This document shows positions 1-19,900 of a DNA stretch of 63,808 bases, in pieces. How positions within the stretch are numbered: position 1 is the first letter of the stretch; every line of letters begins with the position of its first letter. The DNA lies in the NCBI GenBank assembly GCA_051294375.1, contig CM119263.1, forward strand, positions 25,028,688-25,092,495. Reading direction: 5' to 3'. Made by a program: the position numbers and the translations under genes. The stretch is from Paraspadella gotoi (Eukaryota > Animalia > Chaetognatha). A model generated the notes under the pieces. The model was not told where the DNA came from, did not search any database, and saw only the letters and a list, made by a program, of their open reading frames with translations.

Positions 1-2705
1 AGTGCAGCCGCAGGACCGGAGTCCACATTGACCGCAGGGGATTCCGGGACAAGCGCAGGGGCACGAGTTGCAAGAGGAACAAGTTGTATCCGAGAAGGGC
101 AGGAACCAACCTAAACCTGAATCAAACAGGACTTGCGTTGAATGGATATACCGTAGATTATAGAACGAATGAGTAGTCTAAATAATGAAAATTGCTATGT
201 TGTCAACTTTTAGTTTTTAAACACTATGTATATTAAACCTCTGGGAAACTTTTGTTGAAGAACGCCGATGCGTTCTTCGGAGTTTTCGTCCTTATGCTCC
301 GCTGGTGATTCCATGATTTTGGGCGCTTTAAATTGACAGTGTACCAAGGAGGCATCAAAATTGTTATTCGCAGATGTCACTTTATAATTATTCCAGTTTT
401 GGTTTAATTCACGAGAACTTAAAAAAAAATCATAAAATATTTAATACAAGTCAATACATTACATAGGATGCAAATTTCTTTATCGTACGAACCTTTCGTC
501 AAAATGATTAATTTCTGACCCTGCGGATGAAAATCCCGATGATTCCATATCGTCATCTGACGTAGAATCCCCTCGTAACTGGCGTTGAACTTCTTCGCGC
601 CAGCCCTTCCGTGATCTGACGCCATGCTTTCGGCGTCTTACCCGCTCCCGCCGAAACCATTTTTCCTTTCCCAAAATACGGTTCCACGTACGATCCTCAG
701 TCGAAGTGTCGGAATCGCAACTTTCCGATTCAGTCATCGGCTTCATGATGAAAGGTTCCGTACGGACAAGATCCTCATTCATCTGCCGCGCTTCCCTGCT
801 TTCTATCATTCTTTCTACTCTCTCTAAAGTTTTTTTTAAATCTTCCACAGTTTCGAAGTTGTCGTCATCGATGATTGGGGCAGAACCGGTTAATGATTTC
901 ACTGTGTATTTTACTAATAGAAAGGATTTAGAGTAAGTTCCGTTTGACCGTAGGTATTTTTAATGTCCATCTTCATGGCTTTTCTTACCTGCTGAAGTTG
1001 AGTTATTAATATTCTGGTTTTTCTCTTTATTTTCTTTTGTTTTTTCATCGTGAAAGGCTTTACCGTGACATGAACGATTTTTGCCACAATAATTGTCTTC
1101 GCATTCGGCGTGTTGGGTTATTTTGCAGCATTTTCCTCGGCTATTCTGGCAACACCCCGTGCACCCTCTTCCCTGACCTCCGTTACAAACCGTTTGGTGA
1201 CCCCCATTACAGTTGTTTCCGCAGTTTCTATTATGCTTCGACCGTCTCTGACATATGCAGCCTGAAATAGTGTCGGGAACGACTATTTTCTTACAATCTT
1301 CTACTTGCCAACCGTATTTTCCCCGTACCATGATCATTTTTTCGGCGACAAAGAGCTTTGTGCCGCCCCCTGGTTTGCATCCTTGCTCGGGTGTTTGCCT
1401 TCACATCCGTCATAAAGTTTTCGAAGTAAGGACAAAATCTAGGAGGCTTTCCGCAGCAGGGCGTCTTCCAGGCGCCGTCAACGACCTCGTCGCAAACGCA
1501 GGATTTTCCGCCACGTCTTACGGAGACTGCAGTGTCTGTGCCGCACCTCGTTAAGGGCTCGTCTTTCTCGTCTAGGAGACGCTTTAACTCTCGCCAGGCG
1601 TCATCGCAAGCGCAGCGTTCACCGTCGCAATGTCCGCCGTAAGAATACCCTTGGCCGTGGACATGAGGGTTCGCCAAGGACAGATGATCCTTTCCGTTAT
1701 TACCCGCTGTTTTAGACCCTGTAATTATTTTAATTGTCAGCTTACTGTATCGAACTTAGCATACCACTCTCTCATAAACTGATAAAGATGTATATAAACT
1801 ATACCCTCACTAACCCTCACCTCTCCCGTCGTCTCTATCATCCACAGCATCCGCCTTTCCAGTATTAACAGACTCCTGCGCGTTGACGTTATAATCTATC
1901 CGTTTCCGATCGAGAAAAACATCGATTTGATTCTGAATATAGTCTTTGATCCAGGCCATGTTCTTCCTCCATTCAAAGCCGGACGCCCATCCACTGGTCG
2001 AAGCATTCGTCGAAGCCCCTTCCTTCCGCCCTGCCGACGACGACTCCCGATTTTCATTCTGATTTTTGTCAGCGTCGTTTCCTCCAGCGGCGTCGACGTC
2101 ACCGAATTTTCGATCGTATTCCGCCGGGTTCGACGTCCACAAATCGCACCCGCATTTGTTGCACTCCTTTGGAAGCGAAAGCTTTGTATCCGAAGGAATT
2201 CCTATTCGAAGAGGAAATATAATTATTGAAGTCCACTACCTATACTGAAGGGTTTTACAACTACAGTAGTTATTTACCTAGTTGCGCCTCATACTTATAT
2301 ATAATCTTAAATTATGATCGGACAAATAAAATTTCATATTAACAAAAATTTGTATTGCTGCGCAAACTGAGATTCGACGCTAGAGGGAAAACAAAATTCA
2401 ATGGATTAACAAACCATTGACCGGTGTTACCTAAGGTTGGTTGCCGTCGTCGAATAGTAAAGTTACCCAAAAAATTTAATTTCACTCTATTCTTTGCCCA
2501 TCCACGTCAACTATATATATCGAAAAACACCTGAAATTGTACATGTGAAGCCGTGGCGATGCGGGACTCTATAAGGGCGAATGGAACTCATGATTTTAGA
2601 CGGCTCCGCATTACATACGTAGCTGGGCGCCCGCTGCGGCAGTTCCCTATTTTTTTTAAATTTTGTTTTGTAATTATAAGTTGTACGATCGTTTTCTATA
2701 ATCAT
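1..2705 (-). CDS. Multi-exon gene of unknown function, Cys-rich plus charged low-complexity segments; runs off the window start; exon structure only partly resolved
   Basis: Same-strand ORF blocks 2511-2705, 1810-2200, 1291-1720, 960-1337, 480-902, ~240-380 and 1-115 are separated by short AT-rich gaps with GT/AG boundaries (e.g. donor GCAG|GTAAG near 988, acceptor ACACAG near 903). Cys clusters (CACDD, CVCDE, CICQ, CTGCC, CSSCNSCPCAC). No family recognised; apparent frameshift near 1337. Confidence 0.5.
2368..2469 (+). repeat. ~100-bp dispersed repeat, copy 1
   Basis: CGACGCTAGAGGG..AACAAAAT..AATGGATTAACAA..ACCTAAGGTTGGTTGC.GTCGTCGAATAGTAAAGTTACCCA, also at 31021-31121. Confidence 0.7.
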
Positions 2706-4796
2706 TCTTCCTCATTTATTCATTCTTTCATCTTCCATTAAATCACTCTGCGTGAGGTCATAACAACTTTTTATTGTTCTCGCTCGTGACGTTTCGTTTA
2801 TGAAGCATATGGCTTCTGCAGACAGAAAGTGAAAACTAATTCCATATTATTTAAATATTTAGGAGGAAAAAAAATTCCCTACCTCAGAAAATCAACCTCC
2901 AACATAGAAAGAAAATCAAAACGAGAGAAAAATAACTTTCTAGAGACCAATTTAACACCCGACGGTTTGGATAATTTACCCGGATCGATCACCCGCCCCT
3001 CAAACAATTTTCGGGCCGATTTCCCTCGATTTTCCCCTAAAGCCAGGTGAAGTCGCGACCGCCCTAGGCGATAAATGCCAAGGAGTCTTGTTTTCGCATT
3101 CCCAAGGTATGAGAAGGAATGGGACGAAGGAAAATCGTCACGGTCGTTTTTATCGTCGTCATTCTTGTCGTTGCTCTCGTTCGAGATTTCTTCGACTTGT
3201 TGCCCTCCTGGTCAGTCACACGACTTTCTGCTTAAGACCGAAATAGAATTCTTCGATCGTGGCAACCGTTTTCCTCATTTTTATTGGGATTTTGAACGAC
3301 TTCCACGAAGAAAAAACCTATAAACTGGTTACTATGATAGCTAACTTGTGCGCATTGTCTCAAAAAAGATATAATCCCGCCAAATTCTCTTCTCATTCCA
3401 TCCTTTTTTTGTTTGATCTCCTTGTGTTCATTCACGAATTCTTCAGCAAGAACTCGGGGCCTTAAACTAACTGAATTCTCTCTCACTCTCTCTATCCCTC
3501 TCTCCCCCCTCTCTCTTCCCTCTTTTCTCTTCTCTTTCTCTTTCACTCTCTTTCTCTGCCCTAGATAATTTAACCGCCTGAAGTTGAACCTGTTCATGAT
3601 TCACTTTGGTGACGATAATTAAGTTTTAGTGACGCATGTAGTAGCTGCCGAAAGAGAAACATCAAATGAAAGTGAAAGTCATTCCTTACATCCAACCTTT
3701 CTCGCCGGGTCTTGTGGCTTTCTTTTTTCAACATTTTCGACTTTTTCCTCAAAAAAGGCTCGTTGTGATGTGGACAGTCTTTTTTTTTTTTGCGTTTTAA
3801 GATTTATCCTGATAATGTTAGACCGTTTTTTTCGAACCCATTAGAAACGATTACTCATTAAGAAATAATTATAAAGCTAAATTATACTAGGTTAGTGATT
3901 GAACTGGTGAAATCATGATCAATTAACTTGGCGTCGACCGAAAACATTGTTTCGGTTTATTTAATTACCGTCAAATTTTTTTTCTTTTAAATTTTTTTCG
4001 ATGTTTTTGTAATCGAAGTTGGGGTCGACCGCGGCGGATTCACATATTCAAGAACTCAAATTCGCGGCTACAAATATTTTTCGACGCGTGATTGTCATTC
4101 AAATCTATATTAGTTTATACGTTCGACGACTCAATTTTTGTGAAATCTTCTCGGTTGAACTCAATCACAACGTTAGTAACAAGAATCACAAGATCATCGT
4201 CGACTTCGGTAATGCTGTATGCATCGGATCATCACAAGCGCCTGCAAAATGTAGTCAGAAAAAAAAATTTAACCTCAGACTAACTCTAGTAACTCTACGT
4301 CCAAGTTAAAACTTTTTCTTTCGTATCTTTTCGAATTTTTGTCAGAAAAAAAACAAAATCGAGGCTATATATAATATTTTTGTAGTAGTTGAATATGAAA
4401 ATTTGCAAATTACTTGTTTCACTATTTTTCATTTTTCTATTTTAATATTTTTATGAAGGATTTACTATTTAATCTATATTATTTATTCAAACATATATTG
4501 CTTTCTTTTTTAAAAATGTTTTATTTATCTAATAATTCAATTTGGGAAGGGGAAGTTAGTGTTGTCTTCTGGAAATAGAGGGAGCATCTATACATATATA
4601 TGTATTGTATTGTAAAAATTAAAAAGCCATCAAAATTTGTTTTATTGTTTTTGCTCGATACGAAATAATTGTTATGCCCTGTTTTTTCTCACATGATTTT
4701 TTTAGGCTAAAACCTGAAAAGGATATTGGTTAATTATAAATTATAAAATAATTAATATTAAACTTAATCTAAACGGTAAGGATTCTGAAAACAAAA

Positions 4797-13689
<8,893 letters not shown>

Positions 13690-14909
13690 GATATTTCACT
13701 CCACCCCCCACTTTCCCCTCCGATTTCGAGGTGCCTGACTTCGGGCCTCTCTCCAATTCCCCGACTAGTCGCCCCCGCTAGAGCGAACACACTGGACAGT
13801 AATTAATGACGCAGCACGTCCTACGCAAATTCGCAATTGCGTAAATTAATTTTACGTCTTCTCTCCAGTATAATTATTATTACTAGCTTTGACATTTATT
13901 AGTTTTGACTATCGTGATCATTTTAATGTTATGGCGAACATTTTGGTATCATTTTAATGTTTCTTCGTTCCTTTAATCGCTTTTCCCTTTATTATGCATA
14001 CGGTGATTTAAAAGCTAAATACAAAACAAATCCTACTATCTTTTTTTTATGGGTGGGGATTGAGGTACGGAGACAGATTGACGTCAGTCTAAGCAAACAC
14101 GAAATAATAAAAACTATCAAAAGAATAGCTAGCGGATGAGTCAATGGTGACTAGGATGGAGTGATGAAAAGATTGAGTGATTGAACATTATTTTTTTGCT
14201 GCCTATGGACATATAATTAATAAATTTTAAATCCTTTAAAATTTTTTTTTTAGCATAACAGTATAGCAAATTCAATTATTTATGTAGTAATATCCTTATA
14301 AAATCGTCAAATTTCAAAATATTTATTTTTTATTTTTAAGAACTGATTTGGATTCGCTGTAAAAAACTAAGAAAGTTTTATAAAATATGTTATATGATAT
14401 TTTAATGTTTAGATCACAAAAAATAACTAAAACGTTTTAACATATATAAGTTTCTACTACAGAGAATATAAAAGTTAGGAATTTTCACCTTTTTTCTTAT
14501 TTTAAACATTGAAGATGACAGAATTTTTGATAACATGTTTTATATTTTTGATTCAACTTTTTATGAAGAATCTGAATCTTTATTAAAAGTTTGATAAAAA
14601 TTATTTTTAAAATTTACTATTTTATAAGGATATTACTACAAATATATTATATTTTACTATTCTGTTGCCGAGATAATATGAACAAAATATTTTTTGTACT
14701 AGTTAATCATACTATCTCACATCTAAATATCATTGTTCGATCATTCAAATAAATTTTTTGTTCTTGAGTGCTCCACTCTAATGGTGACGTCTCTGAAATT
14801 AAAAATGAGAAAATACTTTAAACTGTAAATACAATTTTTTTAATAAATAATAATTGTTTTAAATTTATTTTAATTGGTATTTTTATGTTTGATGTAGAAA
14901 ATGAATTGT

Positions 14910-15050
14910 TCATCAGCGCGAAAAGAATTGATTTGTGAAACAAATATTTTTACAGACTCTTCAAATATTGTGAAAATATTTGTTTTACAAATCAATTCGT
15001 TTTTGCGCTTATGAAGGCTTACATTGAAGCCGGAATATGTCCGATATTTA
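14910..15050. mobile_element. Truncated copy of the palindromic hammerhead-bearing family
   Basis: Shares AATTGATTTGTGAAA...TTTTACAAATCAATT arms with 30639-30906; degenerate motif CTTATGAAGGCTTACATTGAAGCCGGAATATGTC. Confidence 0.55.
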
Positions 15051-15192
15051 TATTTTTAAATCAAACTCATTGTATATAAACAATTCATAAAATAAATTTG
15101 TAAAATAAATAATATTTTTGTTATATTTTTTAAACGGTAACATCACATCAGGCGACATGCCTCAACAAAAACAATACACTGAAGTGATACAA

Positions 15193-15396
15193 CAGCGGCC
15201 ATTGGTGCCGGAGGCAAGTCTTTCGCCTCCCAACCCAAAGGTCTGGGGTTCTAACCCGGTAGCCGACTAGCAGTTAAGAGGGACGGGGCACTTAACCCGC
15301 CTGTAACACGATGTTACAGCCTGATCCGAAGCTCAGGGACTGCTTATATTGAACGGTTCTGTCATTAACACATAACAATTATCACTGTCTCTTCAA
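15193..15396 (+). mobile_element. tRNA-derived SINE, family A copy 1
   Basis: A-box-like TGGTGCCGGAGG, B-box-like GGTTCTAACCC; highly similar to 45006-45210; ends CTCTTCAA. Confidence 0.75.
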
Positions 15397-16087
15397 GAGC
15401 CTCTCGTCATCGATATGCTTAAAATTAAATCAGGACAGTTATTAAATATGTTTTGTTTACGTTTTATCAAAACAAACAAATTTTGTCTCTTTTATTTTTA
15501 TATTTCTTCTCTCTCTCTTTTCTCTTTTAATTATATGTCACTCTCCCTCTCTCTTTTCCCTAGTCACTGATTCATAGCATAGCCTATGCCATAGGGAAAA
15601 AAAACGAGTCTGCAGCTGGCTCTGCAGGGGCTTATTCATTTTCCTCTCTTTCTCCTGCTGCTTCTGCTGCTGCCTTTTGAGTCTGCAGCTGGCTCTGCAG
15701 GGGCTCTCTCTTTTTCTCTCTTTTCTCTCTCTGCTTCTGCTGCTGCCTTTTGATTTCTTTCTTTTTCTCTCTCTCTCTCTCTCTGCGTTTTTATTAAAAA
15801 AGAATTGAATTGGGATTGAACTCGTAAAGTTAAGCATCGCATTCGTGCATGTTATCATCTTGCTATCGCAACATCTGATTTCTATTTCGTTTTTTTTTTC
15901 TTAGAGGCTGCGTCTGCTGATTAGTTTTTTTTTCAGAAACTAACTTTAATTTCCTCGGTACTTAATTATTTCTGAATCGTTTAAAACGAGGTTCAGGCTC
16001 TGCAGTGACTGTACAGCGGCCTTCCAACGGCTGTCCAGCTTTCTCTGTGTCTCTCTGTCTTTCTCTCTGTCTCTCTCTCTCTCTGAC

Positions 16088-16430
16088 TATCATCGCATCA
16101 ATGAATGATTATCATCGCATCCATCATTTGGTTATCATAGCATGAATATTTGGTTATCGTCGCATCAATCATTTGGTTATCATCGCATCAATTTTTGGTT
16201 ATCATTGCATCAATATTTGGTTATCATCGCATCAATGAATTACTATTACATCAATAATTACTATTATATCAATCAATAAATTACTATCACATCAATCAAT
16301 CAAGTACTATTACATCAATCAATCAACATTACATCAATCAATCAATTGCTATAATTATCATTGCATCATTGAATGATTATCTTTATATCAATAAACGATT
16401 ATCATCATATCAGTGAATAATTATTATCGG
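16088..16430. repeat. Degenerate minisatellite (~21-23-bp unit TTATCATCGCATCAAT...)
   Basis: Repeated TTATCATCGCATCAA / TTACTATTACATCAATCAA units. Confidence 0.75.
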
Positions 16431-16936
16431 ATCATAATCTAGGTTAAACCACTGTTTTATTTTCGCTCGCCGCTTCTGTTAAGTAGTCAATAATAATCGT
16501 CTCTCAAAAATAAAAAACAATTCTATCTTTATTTTGCCGGTTTATGGTTTAACTACCAAACAATGTATCTCGTTATCAAGTTCCATTAGTGAGGCAGTGA
16601 GGAAGTTGAAATGTGTGTCCATTTTCTTTGTTTCATATCGATTCAAGTATTTTTTGTTAGAATTTCCACTTCATTATGATTTACTGCAATATGCAAATTA
16701 GATTATAGTACCTTTTCATTAATTTTCTTTGATACTATACCTTGGCGAGATCCTTATACTTTTAAGATTTTTTTTATATAAAAAAGCGTGACGCCGACGA
16801 CGACGACTACATCACAAAGAAGCTCAACCGAAACAAAATCGAGCCCCGACCGGCTTCGCCGGCAGGCTCGATATAAATTTATTTACCCGCATCTCATTCT
16901 CAGATTCAAGACAATCGTCTACGAATTTAATCAGCA

Positions 16937-19900
16937 ATGAGGAAAACAATTACAAAACAACCGAATATGAGCAAGCTGATTTACAAACTGGTCTTTCAAT
17001 TAGCCCTAATTGGTTTGGCTCAGAGCGTTTGTCAACTGAAATGTTTACACCAACAAAACATAAGCCGTCGCACAAAGTACCACACATTCTATTGCCATTG
17101 GGTGGGAACAGGAGGACAGACCCTTCTACCGGGATGCGTGACACTCGACCGGGCGGTCATGAGTAACATAACCACCGACTACCATCGCTGTCACAATCTG
17201 AAAAACTGCTTCCGGCGGAAAAACTGTACAGATATGTCGGAAATAAGTTTCTCTGGCATCGGCCTGGAGAGATTGGAATCCGACTTTCTCGCGGAGTTTC
17301 CGGGTCTCGAAAAACTCAACTGTTTCAACAACTCGATTTCGTTCGTGGGCGTGGGGGCTTTTAAAAACTCCCGTCTGCGGTATATAAACTTAAAGGGGAA
17401 TCGCATCTCGGAATTTTCCACTCATTTCGAAAACCTAACTAAAATGAACGCTTTGGATTTGAGACTCAACAATCTCTCAAGGTTGTCGCCTAGCATGTTT
17501 CGTGGAATGAAAAGGTGAGTTCAATATGTAGATAAATTTTAAATGTACATATCGCATTATCCTTTATAGCTTTATAAATATGTCATGCCTAGAGTTCCGA
17601 TAACCGTTAAAAGTTCACGGTTATTAACGGTTAATTATAATTTTAACTTAACCTTTAATGTATTTATTTTAACGGTTAAATTCGGTTAATTTTCAAATAC
17701 GATTTTTGTTATTATTTGTTAGGAAATCCCGTCCTCTCTTATTCTCCTCTCCCTTTCTCACCTTTTTCAATGTTTTTTTTTCCTTTTTTATTATCAACCC
17801 CAATCTTTTTTCTTTCTTAATCTCTCTTATTCTTTATTCCCCTAACTTTATACCCTTATGTTCCTTTCTTTTTCTTTCTCTCTTTTCCCCTCCTTCTTTC
17901 TCTCCTTTCTTTTCTTTCCTTTTTTTCCGCCCTTCCAGTATTTTTTTTCGTTTCAACTAATTTTATTCATTTATATCTCAGAAACAAAGTTTGAAATAAT
18001 TGGCAATAACGATTTATTATCAAGATGAAAATGTACATGTTTTGGCTTTTTTACAAGCCTTCTTCAGCGTCAATATAGTTTGTGAAAATATTAGACAGAT
18101 TTTGTGTAGAAGAAAGAGAAAGAGAGAGAGAGAGAGAGGGGGAAACATAGAGAGTGCAAAGTTTCTCTGCTTCTCTCTCTCTCTCTCCCCATCTTCTACA
18201 CAAAATCTCTCTAATAATTTTACAAACTAAATTGACGCTGAAGAAGGCATGTAAAAAATCCGAAACATGTACGTTTTCATCTTGAAAATAAATTGTTGTT
18301 GCCAATTATTTCAAACTCTGTCTCTAATCTCTAATCACAACGAAAGAAAGAATTACATAACACAATGCATTTACATCAAATAATATTTTGAAATATAATA
18401 TATATGCAAATACATACATTTTCTTTCAAATTAAATTCTTACATGAAAAACTTTTTATTCTATTTTGTTGTTAAAAAAATAAAGAATTATTCTTTTTCTT
18501 TCCCTCTTTAGAACGAACAAAGAAGCAAATGAAATAAAACCGAATGAATAGAAAAAAATTAATAAAAAATTATTATAAAAAATTTAAGAATTAATAATAG
18601 GAGGGAATCTTTAAAAAGACATATAGACTAACTAAAAATATCCTTCAATGATGATATACTTTTTAAACGAAAAAAAAAATATTAATCAATAACTCTTTTG
18701 ATCAATAGCTCAATCAATAAACCATTCAATTAATAAACTAATATTCATATTTTTATTTATAATTATGGTCATGTTTTATGAAAGACTAACAACTAGAAAA
18801 ATAATGAGGAAGAGAAATAGAGAAAGAGAAAGCGAAAGAGAGTATTATGGCAACAGCCGGGTTGCCTGTGATGCCCATTGGGATGGGGCATCTCACTGTT
18901 GGCTTTGGGGCTTCCGACCCTCAGTGACGCCTCCAGTCACTGGCGCGGTTACCCTAGGACGGTCTCGCTTTGCCAACGCAGAGGGAAGTCGTTAGGACTG
19001 TGGATGGAACACTACGCCTGGGATGGTGTGTTCCCCTCTGAGCCAATGGATTTGGCTGAAGGATGGTGGACGTGAGGCGGTGTGAATATACCGCCACAGT
19101 ATTTTAAATTTAAAGTATTGTGATTAAACTTTCTTTCGTTGTGTTTTTAGATATTTAAAATTAAAGACAAAATTCAAAAGCACTGATGAAGGCTTGAATG
19201 AAAGCCGAAACTTGTCTGTACAATAAAAATAAAATCATTGCTGTATCAAGACTTTGTCTTTAATTTCAAATTTAAAGTTGAATTATAAAATTAACCGATT
19301 TTAACGGTTAACCGTTAAAAATGTTACTTTTAACGGTTAAGCGAATTTCCTGAAAAATTAACGGTTAACGAAACTCTAGTCATGCCAAAAATGATGATGG
19401 AACGAATTTCTATCTACGTATTGCACATTGTAGTGATGAACTCAAAGACTGCGTGTAAACTTAAAAATAGTTAACTTAAAAATATTTCACAATTATTTTT
19501 TAAAAGAAACTTTGTTATGGCACTGCATTATGCAAATATGAGATTTTCGTGAGGAGGCTTGGGTTTTATTTCAGAATCTATTCTGTTAATCGTTAAAATT
19601 GTAGAAATCAATACAAATACCGTTTTTAGGTTGGGAAAACTGTATTTATGGGGAAATTCCTTGAAGACTATGGATTTTCTGTATGATTTGCCGAAACTCC
19701 ACGAGTTGTCCATCCAGTTCGACGATTCTTTCTCTTCTTCTCTCCAAGACTTTCCTCATTTTGCGAGGATGACGCGTCTCGAAGTCACTTTCGACTCCTG
19801 GGCCAACGTCACCATTTTTAACGGGACTCATCGCCGTCTTATCGATCTTAGGATGAATGGCGTGAGCGCCCTGGACGAAGCCTTTTTCGACCAGACGCCC

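Larger units (their letters stand above)
17590..19378. mobile_element. Non-autonomous hAT-like DNA transposon in the intron of the LRR-KEN gene, with nested elements
   Basis: Perfect 8-bp TSD GTCATGCC (17582-17589 and 19379-19386); TIRs TAGAGTTCCGATAACCGTTAA / TTAACGGTTAACGAAACTCTA; subterminal TAACCGTTA repeats; no transposase ORF. Confidence 0.85.

Noticed and set aside
19559-19629. N-terminus of the 1178-aa ORF as listed in the track
   Set aside because: Non-ATG start in intronic sequence; the real exon begins at the TTTTTAG acceptor (19630) and splices to the signal-peptide exon.
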